Of a DNA stretch of 64,000 bases, positions 9,799-19,225 are shown one piece after another. Each line of letters opens with the position of its first letter. Within the stretch, counting starts at the first letter, position 1. The DNA is taken from the IMG/VR virus record IMGVR_UViG_3300037010_001838. One strand, 5' to 3'. Origin of the DNA: a virus. Lineage: Duplodnaviria; Caudoviricetes. Position numbers and translations under genes: made by a program. A model generated the notes under the pieces. That model was given only the letters and a program-made list of their open reading frames with translations, had not been told where the DNA came from and made no database searches.

Positions 9799-9938
9799 AA
9801 AATATAACATTACTCACACAAAAAGGCGCTTTGGCGCCTTTTTTGTTGATCACTGCGTTGACCTTAAATATTTTTTAATATATTATATTAACAATGAGAA
9901 CTAACCTCATTTAACCAGCAACGAAAGGAAAACAAATT

Positions 9939-10424
9939 ATGACGAACATTTCAATTACAAATCTCTCTTGGGGTCAGCGTTTTGCCCTAATTAACGCATA
10001 CCATCCATCTGACGATCAAGCATGTACGGTTCTTGGGGTTACTTCTCAAGAACTTAATACTGCAAAAGCACTAATTTCAAAGGGCGTTTTTCAAGTAGAT
10101 ACAACTTTAAACGTTGAACCTTATGGAGTTTTATTTGGGCGTGTAAGTTCCAATAAACCAAAAATCAAAAACATAGCTTCCACGACTACCGAAAAAAAGC
10201 GCGGGCGTAAGGGTGATAAAATTCAAACAGCGTTCTTAGCCATCACCGAAACTCCTGTTCCTGCAGAACAATTCATCGAAAAATATGGAATTTCGATGCC
10301 TGTTCTTCGCCAATTCAAACGGTTTGATAAAACAGGACTTCCAGGGCACGTAAACGTTCGAAAACAGGAAGGTGTTTTAATGGTTTGGCGCAGTGTGGAT
10401 CCAACACCCGAAACACAAACGTAA
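9939..10424 (+). CDS. hypothetical basic protein, possibly DNA-binding
   Basis: 161 aa, AAGGA RBS, KKRGRK patch. Confidence 0.7.
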   Translation: MTNISITNLSWGQRFALINAYHPSDDQACTVLGVTSQELNTAKALISKGVFQVDTTLNVEPYGVLFGRVSSNKPKIKNIASTTTEKKRGRKGDKIQTAFLAITETPVPAEQFIEKYGISMPVLRQFKRFDKTGLPGHVNVRKQEGVLMVWRSVDPTPETQT

Positions 10425-10509
10425 CCAAGCGTTATGTTGGAGAGTGGATTTATTTAAACAACTGTTTGACTTTAGTATAAATACGTTCACTCTCTATACT
10501 GGAAACAAA

Positions 10510-10746
10510 ATGAAATTAAACCAACTCCTCGAAACCACCAAAGATGAATACTCAAATGTATCAGAAGCAGACTATAAGTTATGGGTCGAGACATTAGCGG
10601 ACATGATCGAGAATGATAAAATGTCCTTCGACGAAGCGATAGACGTAATGCTTGACAATGATCCTAAATTCGAACACCTATCTACATCTGCTCAAAAGAA
10701 ATGTATTTCTAACATAAAGAAACGATACTACGATTCTATTCATTAA
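10510..10746 (+). CDS. late protein with capsid-targeting-like N-terminus
   Basis: TATAAATA at 10476-10483; starts MKLNQLLE. Confidence 0.65.
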   Translation: MKLNQLLETTKDEYSNVSEADYKLWVETLADMIENDKMSFDEAIDVMLDNDPKFEHLSTSAQKKCISNIKKRYYDSIH

Positions 10747-10931
10747 GGAGTTTATATGCGGGATAGGGTAAGTTGTGATATTTTACAGCTATACCTCGCG
10801 AAGGGAATTGCTCTTCATCCAACGTATTACTCTGATTTTCTTAACCAAATATGTTTTTTACATAGAAAGGGACTGGTTTCACCAGTCCCTATTGCTTTAC
10901 TTGATAGTTACAACATGAAAACCAAACACGG

Positions 10932-11288
10932 TTAATACATGTAATCAGAACCAATCGAAAAATTATCAAAATTACTTCCACTCCAATCATCAGACGTCCA
11001 ACGAGTTGTTGAATAACTATCCATCACGGAACCATAATCTTCTTCTATTTCAGGTAAAGAATTTTTTGATATACCCTTTTCAGGGAATTCTTCTAAATTT
11101 GTATTAGGTTGAACTTTTAAATTAATTTGATTCTTACGAGGACGTCCTCGAGGACGCTTTTCTTTAACTTCAACCAACTCTATTGGTATTTTACGAGGAC
11201 GTCCTCGAGGACGTTTTTCTGTTTGAACTACTTCGATAACATTTTCTTTATTTCTGTTCTTGCTACCTTTTGGTCTAGCCATACACAA
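10932..11288 (-). CDS. AT-hook repeat protein
   Basis: two EKRPRGRPRK repeats, an ARPKGSKN motif and an acidic C-terminus. Confidence 0.7.
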   Translation of the reverse strand: MCMARPKGSKNRNKENVIEVVQTEKRPRGRPRKIPIELVEVKEKRPRGRPRKNQINLKVQPNTNLEEFPEKGISKNSLPEIEEDYGSVMDSYSTTRWTSDDWSGSNFDNFSIGSDYMY

Positions 11289-11344
11289 CTCCTAAATGTC
11301 AAATTAAATGATAAAACATATAAATTAAAACGTCAACATAATTT

Positions 11345-11352
11345 TATAAATA
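11345..11352 (+). promoter_or_regulatory. T4-type late promoter TATAAATA (representative copy)
   Basis: exact motif upstream of the tail-fibre-like gene; other exact copies at 1799, 10476, 33792, 39569, 57353, 60694. Confidence 0.75.
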
Positions 11353-11385
11353 TCTTATGTGAAGTGTAATGATTAGGAGCCGTAT

Positions 11386-14300
11386 ATGCAGTTATCTTTT
11401 AGACAGGGGTTGGTTCAATATCAATCAAATTTTTTATCTTGGTCAACTGTTAGAAGTGATAGTATCTCTCTTTCAACAACGAACAAACCTGTAACCGTAA
11501 CATTTTCTCAACAAAGTTCAGAATATCTTCTCGTTGAACCATTGGGCCAGAATGCGACTGTACGTTGGACTGGTCTTCCTGTTTCTAACAGTTCCGATTT
11601 TTGGATTTTTTGGGACATAGATAATCTTACAGCTCTCGTAACGTATGGTTTCACGACAGTAGCTCCCGTGTTCGGTCCTATTGACCCATTTCAAACTACT
11701 ATCCCGTTCCCAACAATTCCAGCAACTGGACAACATTGGTTTGATACTTCTTCAATGACAATGAAGGTATGGAGTGGTTCGTCTTGGACTCCAAAGATTA
11801 GAGTATTTGCTGCAAAAATTGAAAATGGTTCTATCATTGTTCCATATCCTCCTGGAACACAAGTGGGGGTTGCGTCTCCTATTAAATCAGGACGCATTTT
11901 ACGAGACGGTACTGGAACTCCAATTAAAAAAGCTAACAAGACTTTCGTCACATCAGAAGATAGGTTTTTTATAGAAAATTCTGATGTTCGGACGGCAGAA
12001 CTTGAAACTTCTATTGTTGTCGGGATTGCAAGAGAAAGTATTCCTTCTTATTCAGCAGTGAAGTTAGAAGATTTCAATGATTATTATTTGGCTAACTATG
12101 AAGACACAACAGCTGGGTTTATAGGTATGGCTATTGATAGTGCAACATACGGAGAAAGTTTATTTGTTACAATCCAAGGAATGATTACTAATCCTGCTTG
12201 GGATTGGCAAACACCAAATGCAAAAATATGGATTGACTCTAACGGTCAACTAACTGATGTAAATCCCGGGATAGCCACCCCTACGAGAGGTTTTCAACAG
12301 CCAATTGCCAGAGTGATATCACCAACCTCAATTATATTTGGTCAAGGATATTTCAATGATGCGGGTACTGTAACCAATACTGTCGTAACTCAAAAAGCTT
12401 CTGGTTCTATTATTGGTATCACTGAATTATCTCTAGATCCACTTAATTTAAACACTCCAATCGCTGTTGGAGATAATGACCCAAGAATGTCGGATGCGAG
12501 AACACCACTGGCTCACACACACCAATCAACTGATGTTTTCTATCAAGGAACCCCCTTAGATACAACGTTAAATCTAATTATGTCAGACCTCTCTGGTAAG
12601 GTCTCCAAATCTGGCGACACGATGACGGGTTTCTTGACTTTGAATGCAAACCCAGTTGCTAATCTACAAGCTGCTACAAAACAGTACGTCGATAGTGCCG
12701 CTAATCAAACAATTACCTTGTCGGGTGATATTAGTGGTTCGGGTACAAGTGGTATTACAACTACTCTTTCAAACAGCGGAGTTACAGCTGGAACATATAA
12801 CAACAGTGCTCTAACTTCTACCCCATTTACCGTCGACGCGAAAGGACGTGTAACAGCAACAGGAACCCCTATTACAATTACTCCTGATTGGGCTTCTGTA
12901 TTATGGAAACCTACAACTCTTGCTGGTTATGGGATAACCGACGGTCAACCACTCAACGTTGATTTAACAGCAATTTCTAATCTCGCAACCGGAACAACAG
13001 GTGTATTAACAAAAACCGGACCAGGAACTTGGACACTTGGAGCTGCATCATCCGGTGCAAGTAACACGATTTTTCAAGAAGATACATCATTAACGATTAC
13101 AGATTCTGGAACTAATGGAACTATGTCATACGTTGTTGATGGTAGACTCGTTATGACAACTGATACAAGAAATATTCGGTTTTTCAGTGGAGCACCAGAT
13201 TCTTGGGTATCTGTTGTTGAAAGTGGAGCATTTACATTGGACAACACTGGAGGTTCAACTGTAAAAATTGACAGTTTGGGAAACATTATAACTCTTGGTT
13301 CTGTAAATCAAAGTTCTCTTACAAGTGTATTGGTAATTAAGGTCGATTCTACAGGAAATACTATATGGCAACGACTTATAAGTGATAATAATGGGACATC
13401 TGGAGCAACAGCAGATGCTAGTGCGATTGACTCTCAAGATAACATAATTATGGCAGTAAATGTTAATCATTATGGTACATCGGATACGCAACCCATACTT
13501 AAATTAGATTCAGATGGTAACATCTTATGGCAGGTAGGTGTTACTCAAAACATTGATATAAATTCTCCCCCAGGAACGTATCAACCCCAAATCACAGACA
13601 TTGTAGTCGATTCCTCAAATGACGTTTACGCTGGTGGATTTTTAATAATTCAAAATCCAGACAATCCAGGACTTCGAACGAACGCTGGTTTAATTGTAAA
13701 ACTGTCGGGTATCGATGGTTCCGTTATGTGGCAACAGTTGATTCAAGATTCAACATCATCGAGGGGTGATTGTCATTTAACAGGAATAACATATAATCCT
13801 TCTCTGAATCAGATATATGTGTGTGGAAATTTACTTACTAAGGATTCATTTTCCAATTCCAGTAACAACGGTTTTGTTGCAGCTTATGATTCTGCAGGAA
13901 ATAGACAGTGGATTAGCTTAAGTGATGTATCTGGAGACACTACTCACATAAACGATCAAGCGTATGATGCGCATGGTAACTTAGTTAACTATAAGACATT
14001 TTCGGGTATAACTCTTGGGGTTGGAAGTACATTACACAACTCTGGGGGAACTTCAATTTATGTGTGTGGACAAGCTTTCACTCCAAGATTGACCAACTTC
14101 TGTATATGTGAATATATTGCCACACAAGGTGCAGGAATAACAGCTACGATAGGTGAGTTGGTGACATCTCGAACATATGACAATTCTTATGGAAATCATA
14201 GTCAACTCTATGAAATTGTGGCAACTCCAACTGAATTAATAGCTGTTGGAAATCCTCAAACGAATACATTTGGTAGTGACTGGTCAATACTAAAAATAAG

Positions 14301-14520
14301 TCTTCCAAGTCTAACTCTTGATTGGTCTTCCGATATAGGTTTTGCAAGTTCAGAAGGTTTGTTATGGAATTTCTCAAATCGTTGTTTGGATGTTCGTAAT
14401 AATCAAGTAGCAGTTACAGGATACACGTACCAAAATGGAGCAGGAACAAATAATAGCCAAATGATGACTGTGAAAATACCGGTTGCCAACGTATTATTTT
14501 CTGTGGGGAATTGTAAATAA
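11386..14520 (+). CDS. large tail-fibre/virion structural protein
   Basis: 1044 aa, Ser/Thr/Gly-rich; fibre motifs (KVSKSGDTMTGFLTL, AATKQYVD, VDAKGRVT, KPTTLAGYGITD); propeller-like repeats at the C-terminus. Confidence 0.8.
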   Translation: MQLSFRQGLVQYQSNFLSWSTVRSDSISLSTTNKPVTVTFSQQSSEYLLVEPLGQNATVRWTGLPVSNSSDFWIFWDIDNLTALVTYGFTTVAPVFGPIDPFQTTIPFPTIPATGQHWFDTSSMTMKVWSGSSWTPKIRVFAAKIENGSIIVPYPPGTQVGVASPIKSGRILRDGTGTPIKKANKTFVTSEDRFFIENSDVRTAELETSIVVGIARESIPSYSAVKLEDFNDYYLANYEDTTAGFIGMAIDSATYGESLFVTIQGMITNPAWDWQTPNAKIWIDSNGQLTDVNPGIATPTRGFQQPIARVISPTSIIFGQGYFNDAGTVTNTVVTQKASGSIIGITELSLDPLNLNTPIAVGDNDPRMSDARTPLAHTHQSTDVFYQGTPLDTTLNLIMSDLSGKVSKSGDTMTGFLTLNANPVANLQAATKQYVDSAANQTITLSGDISGSGTSGITTTLSNSGVTAGTYNNSALTSTPFTVDAKGRVTATGTPITITPDWASVLWKPTTLAGYGITDGQPLNVDLTAISNLATGTTGVLTKTGPGTWTLGAASSGASNTIFQEDTSLTITDSGTNGTMSYVVDGRLVMTTDTRNIRFFSGAPDSWVSVVESGAFTLDNTGGSTVKIDSLGNIITLGSVNQSSLTSVLVIKVDSTGNTIWQRLISDNNGTSGATADASAIDSQDNIIMAVNVNHYGTSDTQPILKLDSDGNILWQVGVTQNIDINSPPGTYQPQITDIVVDSSNDVYAGGFLIIQNPDNPGLRTNAGLIVKLSGIDGSVMWQQLIQDSTSSRGDCHLTGITYNPSLNQIYVCGNLLTKDSFSNSSNNGFVAAYDSAGNRQWISLSDVSGDTTHINDQAYDAHGNLVNYKTFSGITLGVGSTLHNSGGTSIYVCGQAFTPRLTNFCICEYIATQGAGITATIGELVTSRTYDNSYGNHSQLYEIVATPTELIAVGNPQTNTFGSDWSILKISLPSLTLDWSSDIGFASSEGLLWNFSNRCLDVRNNQVAVTGYTYQNGAGTNNSQMMTVKIPVANVLFSVGNCK

Positions 14521-14581
14521 TAGCCAAACGATGACTGTAAAAATACCGGTTGCCAACGTATTATTTTCTGTGGGGAATTGT
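14448..14581 (+). repeat. 67-nt tandem duplication at the 3' end of the fibre gene
   Basis: 14448-14514 and 14515-14581, 2 mismatches. Confidence 0.95.
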
Positions 14582-14622
14582 GCGGTTGGTGGCGGTGGAT
14601 AACAATAAAAGGAGAATGACAA

Positions 14623-15471
14623 GTGCCAATATCAGTACCACCAACAAGTCCAATAGTAGGATCTTTTAATTTTTGCTCTTTTCACATTTTACCAGATGAT
14701 TTTATTGAAACAAGTGTAGATACACTACTTTCCAATAACATAAATTCGTTAATATCGGGGGAAGAGTGGTTATTAACAGCTGTAGCGTCAGGACCTACAA
14801 CCTTTGTAACTCCTTCAGCAGTGTCATATTCAATTGATGCTTCTCAATATAGCACATTAGAGATTGACACTTTACCTTTCTCTTCAACGGTTTATACATT
14901 AACCGTTGATACAATTAACTCTTCAACTATTGTTAATGGAACTTTAACTTCTGATAATATAACATCTACTAATATAACCAATTCAGGAATTATAAGCACT
15001 AATACATTGAATGTTACTACTGGTATTAATTTTGGAACAAATACAACAAGTCCTCCAAACACAGTTATAATATCTGATTCAGGTGGACACCAACTTTGGG
15101 CAAATCCAAGTAGTTTGATAACGTCTCAATCTAATATATGGACAGCAGGCCAACGTGGACAATATGTTTATTTGGTTTCTTCTGGAGGAATTATCAATCT
15201 AGATATGGATTCAGGAAACAACTTCTCCGTTGTTATGACAGAAAATTCAACACTCAACTCTCCTGTTAATTCTGGTGCTGGTCAGAGTGGAATAATCGTA
15301 ATTCAAAATGGAACAACTCCGAGCACTTTAACCTTTAATTCATACTGGAAGTTTGCTGGTGGTGTTGCTCCAACGTTAACACCAACAGCAAACGCAGTTG
15401 ATGTGTTGAGTTATATGGTAAGTCCATCAGGAAATTTTGCAATTTGTCAAATTCTGAATGATATAAAATGA
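14623..15471 (+). CDS. tail-fibre-associated protein
   Basis: Thr/Asn/Ser-rich; C-terminal WKFAGGVAPTLT...VDVLSY module typical of fibre proteins. Confidence 0.65.
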   Translation: MPISVPPTSPIVGSFNFCSFHILPDDFIETSVDTLLSNNINSLISGEEWLLTAVASGPTTFVTPSAVSYSIDASQYSTLEIDTLPFSSTVYTLTVDTINSSTIVNGTLTSDNITSTNITNSGIISTNTLNVTTGINFGTNTTSPPNTVIISDSGGHQLWANPSSLITSQSNIWTAGQRGQYVYLVSSGGIINLDMDSGNNFSVVMTENSTLNSPVNSGAGQSGIIVIQNGTTPSTLTFNSYWKFAGGVAPTLTPTANAVDVLSYMVSPSGNFAICQILNDIK

Positions 15472-15706
15472 TACCTGGAATCTTTGTACCACTTTGGGGG
15501 AAAATCAGGAACATGTGATAAACTTTGGAACAAAGTTTTCTATTGTTTATGGAAATGGAAAATTTGTAACTGTTGGTTATGGAGCAACAAAAGTTTCAGC
15601 TGTAAGTCCTGATGGAATAAATTGGACGCAATCTGGGTTACCTGTTGCAAGTACATATAGTTCTATTGCACACGGAAACGGACATAAATATCCTTGTCCT
15701 TTATGA
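15468..15706 (+). pseudogene. fragment of a virion propeller-repeat gene
   Basis: IVYGNGKFVTVG/SPDGINWT/SIAHGNG repeats in a short, frameshifted ORF. Confidence 0.5.
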
Positions 15707-15812
15707 AAGATAGAACTCAATATGTTAATTATGAAACTCATACGAGCACATTTGACGTTTATTATTCCTCCATACTGTCAAACATGTTCTTATTTAAAAG
15801 GTAAAAAATAAA

Positions 15813-16448
15813 ATGAATAAAATAGACGTTCACATATGTAGGTTTGGTGATTATGATAAAAAACTATATGAACAGTGTCTAAAATCTATAGAACCTGCTT
15901 CACATTTAATAAACATACATTTCGTTGATGATATATCACCTCTCAAAAAAGCCCGATACGTAGGCTATGGTACAGGTTCGGCTGAATACATTTGTCACGT
16001 AGACCACGACGATTATGTGTTTCCAGAAGCATTTCAAGCGTGTTTGGAAGAAATAGAAAAAGATAAAACGCTTTCAGGTGTATATACTAACTCTTTTATA
16101 GTCAATCCGTATAAAAACATAAGAAGACAATTTTACAGTGAAACAACAGAGTGGACAAGAGAGTATCACATTCAAACACCAATTCCTGTTCATCCATTAT
16201 GCATAATGAGACGTTCTGTGTTCGATAAAGTGAAAGACGAATATTTAGAACATGGGTTAGAATTTCGTACAGACCAATATCTTTTTACGTTGATGGCTCG
16301 AGAAGGAGATTTTAAATTTCTTGGAAAAAAATATGGATACGCATGGAGAGATTTTAAAACCGGACACCATGTAAAAAACAACTCCCCAAAAGATAAACAA
16401 CATTTGATAGAATTCAAGAGACAAGTTCTTGGACCTTCCAAAAATTAA
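15813..16448 (+). CDS. glycosyltransferase family 2-like
   Basis: AEYICHVDHDDYV DxD-type motif, GT-A fold pattern. Confidence 0.75.
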   Translation: MNKIDVHICRFGDYDKKLYEQCLKSIEPASHLINIHFVDDISPLKKARYVGYGTGSAEYICHVDHDDYVFPEAFQACLEEIEKDKTLSGVYTNSFIVNPYKNIRRQFYSETTEWTREYHIQTPIPVHPLCIMRRSVFDKVKDEYLEHGLEFRTDQYLFTLMAREGDFKFLGKKYGYAWRDFKTGHHVKNNSPKDKQHLIEFKRQVLGPSKN

Positions 16449-16507
16449 TCATTGACAGATAACTATAAAACGAGTACAATATTAAAAATTTTATAGACTG
16501 AATTGAT

Positions 16508-16885
16508 GTGTCTGATATACTTGAACAAAATTCGAATACCGAAAACGTCGAAGATATAGATTTAAACATTCAACGTTTTATACAAGCATTTAACAAAGCA
16601 CGAACCGTTATTTTAACGGCTATAGTATATCTGTATCCAGAAAACTGGTCTGCAAGGTGTTCATTAGCAGACACCAAATTTGATAACACAATTTGGGCTT
16701 TTGATATTTTAAATGAAAACGGTGAAGTTCACGCGCAATACCTTATTGATGATATTGTGGCTGTATTAAATACGGCGCGTGAAGAAGCAACAGAATTACT
16801 CGAAAAGAACCCACACTATAAAGATACAAAATATCTTATTGGTGTGGGAACTGAAAGAGCGTTACAACAATTTAATGTTAACTGA
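16508..16885 (+). CDS. hypothetical protein
   Basis: 125-aa ORF after a sigma70-like promoter. Confidence 0.55.
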   Translation: MSDILEQNSNTENVEDIDLNIQRFIQAFNKARTVILTAIVYLYPENWSARCSLADTKFDNTIWAFDILNENGEVHAQYLIDDIVAVLNTAREEATELLEKNPHYKDTKYLIGVGTERALQQFNVN

Positions 16886-17157
16886 ACACCAAGAATGAAG
16901 ACCCTGGACCGGCGTCGGTTGTTACTTGATTTTCATAATGCAATACCCTAAATACAGATGTGGTAATTGACCCTACGGTATACAGCAAAAACGACCGATG
17001 GTGTTCCAATAACATAATATCTGGATACGGATGTATATGTTGGAATAGTACCAAATGTTTGGAGTGGGGTTGTGTTTATTGCTGGCATGATGTATTTTTC
17101 TTAAAACTTAATAATAAATATAAAGGTATAAACGACAAACTTAAAAGGAACAATCAA

Positions 17158-17709
17158 ATGAAATTAAAAGACCTAATTCCTCTAACAGAAAATACTACAG
17201 ACTGGGTTGTGTATAAAGTTACCAACTCTAACAACCATAGCACTTATTATGGGTATGGAAAGGGTAATTTAAGACAGACGTTCTTAGCTGGTGCTAATCG
17301 GAACGCTGCCGATAGAACAGAAGCAAAATATGTGAACGCAGCAGGTGGAATTGATAATTGCAAATTTAAAGAGATGGAAATTTTTGATAGCGAATATGAA
17401 GCTTTTATGGAACGAAACGATCTTCGTTCAAAAGATCCAGATTCAATCACAGGGCCATCACGTTTACCATCAGGAATGTTCGAACGTGCCCTAAAAGAAA
17501 ATCCAAAACGAGTTAGTGGATGGAAATTAGGAGCTAGTATTAATGACGAGACTGCAAGAGGAGCCATGAAGAATTTTCCTGAAGAATGTGTGTATGATAC
17601 TAAGAGACTGAGAGATCTTGTTGGAACAGATAAAAAATTAGAAGCTCAAGTTAAAAAAGATTTGGACAGTATGACTTATCCTGCATTTATAAAGAAGTAC
17701 AACCTGTAA
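17158..17709 (+). CDS. GIY-YIG-like protein with capsid-targeting-like N-terminus
   Basis: MKLKDLIPLTE start; VYKVTN..NHSTYYGY and FDSEYEAFMER resemble GIY-YIG motifs. Confidence 0.55.
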   Translation: MKLKDLIPLTENTTDWVVYKVTNSNNHSTYYGYGKGNLRQTFLAGANRNAADRTEAKYVNAAGGIDNCKFKEMEIFDSEYEAFMERNDLRSKDPDSITGPSRLPSGMFERALKENPKRVSGWKLGASINDETARGAMKNFPEECVYDTKRLRDLVGTDKKLEAQVKKDLDSMTYPAFIKKYNL

Positions 17710-17794
17710 CTTATATTATTATAGTGAACTGGACATCAACGGATGTATCAAGTTGACTCTTTGATTAAAAAGATATATAATATTTTATTGATTT

Positions 17795-18027
17795 GTGGTG
17801 CCCGAATCCCTTTATGGTAAAGACACCACGAAAATAGTCCAGTGGACCTCAGAAACGGTGTATGTGTAGTGGTAGGCGCTAAACGTTGATACATACACTA
17901 GCCGTAAGGACCTCCTGAAGTAACAGGACACCTTGGATATTGCGGGTTAAGAACCTGTTGCCAAGGATGCGATAGTGTGAAGCCGACGAAGACGGGCTCA
18001 AACCTGGCAAGGAAGTGGAAAGCTTCC
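17795..18027 (+). ncRNA. candidate structured ncRNA
   Basis: own promoter (TTGACT 17753, TATAAT 17776), six hairpins, no ORF. Confidence 0.5.
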
Positions 18028-18042
18028 AAATTTAAACTTTTT

Positions 18043-18098
18043 TGTTGACTTTTATAAATAAGTCATATATACTTGTATCAACAGTTGAGCAAAGTGCT
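18043..18098 (+). promoter_or_regulatory. tRNA-cluster promoter A with TGACTT-N8-AAGTCA palindrome
   Basis: TTGACT(18045)-17 nt-TATACT(18068); 56-nt block identical to 31399-31454. Confidence 0.9.
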
Positions 18099-18127
18099 CA
18101 ATAAATTTAATTAATGGAGATTTGCAA

Positions 18128-18226
18128 ATGATTTTTACGACTTTCTTTACAGCGTTTACAACCCCTGAGGCATGGCATGCCCCAGAGATGGCTGTGTGCG
18201 CTCTTGAGGAAGGTTGGAAAAACTAA
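18128..18226 (+). CDS. attenuator leader peptide A (MIFTTFFTAFTTPEAWHAPEMAVCALEEGWKN)
   Basis: GGAG RBS, 32 codons rich in Phe/Thr/Ala/Pro/Glu, followed by a terminator. Confidence 0.85.
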   Translation: MIFTTFFTAFTTPEAWHAPEMAVCALEEGWKN

Positions 18227-18244
18227 AAAGTTTCCAGAAATTCT

Positions 18245-18276
18245 AAAAAGGGCGCTCCGAAAAAGCGCCCTTTTTT
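18245..18276 (+). terminator. attenuator terminator A
   Basis: AAAAAGGGCGCT-CCGAAAA-AGCGCCCTTTTTT; 5' arm can instead pair with GCGCTCTT at 18198-18205. Confidence 0.9.
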
Positions 18277-18310
18277 ATTGTTTGTTGATTTTGTAGTAAA
18301 TGTTTTAAAC

Positions 18311-18326
18311 TGTTCATTAACAATTT
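18311..18326 (+). promoter_or_regulatory. boxA-like antitermination element A
   Basis: TGTTCATTAACAATTT versus rrn boxA TGCTCTTTAACA. Confidence 0.7.
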
Positions 18327-18338
18327 GGATTCGTTTGT

Positions 18339-18412
18339 CAGGGTGTGGGAAAGTTTGGTAATCCGCGAGTTTTGGAAACTCGAGACCACTGGTTCAAATC
18401 CAGTCATCCTGA
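18339..18412 (+). tRNA. tRNA-Pro(UGG)
   Basis: CGAGT-TTTGGAA-ACTCG; no encoded CCA; flanks extend the acceptor pairing. Confidence 0.9.
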
Positions 18413-18440
18413 CAAACGAATTCTAAACAAAAAATATTAT

Positions 18441-18516
18441 CTCTGTGTGGTGCAATCTGGTAGCATAGCTGGTCCGGAGCCAGGCGATCAAGGTTCAAAT
18501 CCTTGCATGGAGACCA
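18441..18516 (+). tRNA. tRNA-Pro(CGG)
   Basis: loop TC-CGG-AG with non-canonical C33; CCA. Confidence 0.75.
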
Positions 18517-18523
18517 AACGAAT

Positions 18524-18602
18524 GGGGTTAGGGACTGCTTGGCGTGGTCGCCGCACTTGCAATACGGAAAACAGCTCGGTTCAAATCCGAGTAGCTCCAC
18601 CA
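18524..18602 (+). tRNA. tRNA-Ala(UGC)
   Basis: loop CT-TGC-AA, G3:U70, CCA. Confidence 0.9.
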
Positions 18603-18605
18603 AAT

Positions 18606-18744
18606 GGGTGATTCGGGTGGCTAAGGCGGGTTCGATTCCCGTATGCTCCACCAAAAGAACTTTTAAATGTTGAAGTTCTTTTAATGGGGGCATGATGGTT
18701 GCTGCCGACGGGCAAGACGAGTTCGATTCTCGTATCGTCCACCA
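18606..18744 (+). other. two truncated tRNA-like units (T arm plus CCA end)
   Basis: 18606-18653 and 18686-18744 have a T arm and TCCACCA end but no anticodon arm. Confidence 0.55.
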
Positions 18745-18793
18745 AAGTTTGTAAACCAAAGTTTGTAATTAGAGTGTGCTAAAACTAAAAAAT

Positions 18794-18880
18794 GCACGGG
18801 AAGTCAGATGGATTGGACACCACCCTTTCAAGGTGGCAGGTGAAAACCGTTTGCGGGTTCGAGTCCCGTTCCGTGCTCCA
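18794..18880 (+). tRNA. tRNA-Glu(UUC) with long variable arm
   Basis: CCACC-CTTTCAA-GGTGG, ~16-nt variable region, CCA. Confidence 0.85.
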
Positions 18881-18901
18881 ATTTTCACAAGTAAAACAAC
18901 T

Positions 18902-18971
18902 TTCAGTATAGTGTAATGGTTAGCACGACCCCGTTGGTGGGTTAGAGTGTGGTTCGATTCCCACCTGAATA
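18902..18971 (+). tRNA. degenerate tRNA (Gln UUG-like)
   Basis: D and T arms present; loop CG-TTG-GT and weak acceptor stem. Confidence 0.4.
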
Positions 18972-19042
18972 TGACAACTAGAGAGCAAGCTACTCTTTCA
19001 TTGGTGGTCTGATCAACTAAGATGACAAGTGAAACGATTAAC

Positions 19043-19120
19043 GTAACTGTAGCTCCAATCACGCAGAGCATTTGTCTAAAAAGCAAAGTGTTGCGGGTCC
19101 GAATCCTACTGGTTACACCA
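19043..19120 (+). tRNA. tRNA-Phe-like pseudogene with 6-nt anticodon loop
   Basis: TTTGT-CTAAAA-GCAAA (CTGAAAA lacking G34); CCA. Confidence 0.55.
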
Positions 19121-19149
19121 AACGAATTTACTTACAAATTCGTTATAAA

Positions 19150-19225
19150 GCCGCTATAGCAAAGATGGTCTATGCGACGGACTGAAAATCCGAGGATCTC
19201 CGATCGTTACGGAGTGGCGGCGCCA
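19150..19225 (+). tRNA. tRNA-Phe(GAA)
   Basis: loop CT-GAA-AA, CCA; atypical T loop. Confidence 0.85.

Noticed and set aside
10756-10935. Fourth leader/attenuator (short ORF with GGGACTGG/CCAGTCCC hairpin)
   Set aside because: The hairpin is inside the ORF, there is no U-tract, shared promoter, boxA or downstream tRNA, and no codon bias.
14448-14581. DGR template/variable repeat pair
   Set aside because: The copies are adjacent, differences are not adenine-specific, and there is no reverse transcriptase in the window.
18345-19086. ORF-track proteins overlapping tRNA clusters (also 31899-33079, 37885-38232, 3995-5583)
   Set aside because: They overlap clear tRNA or structured RNA genes, lack RBS and family motifs, and are chance open frames.
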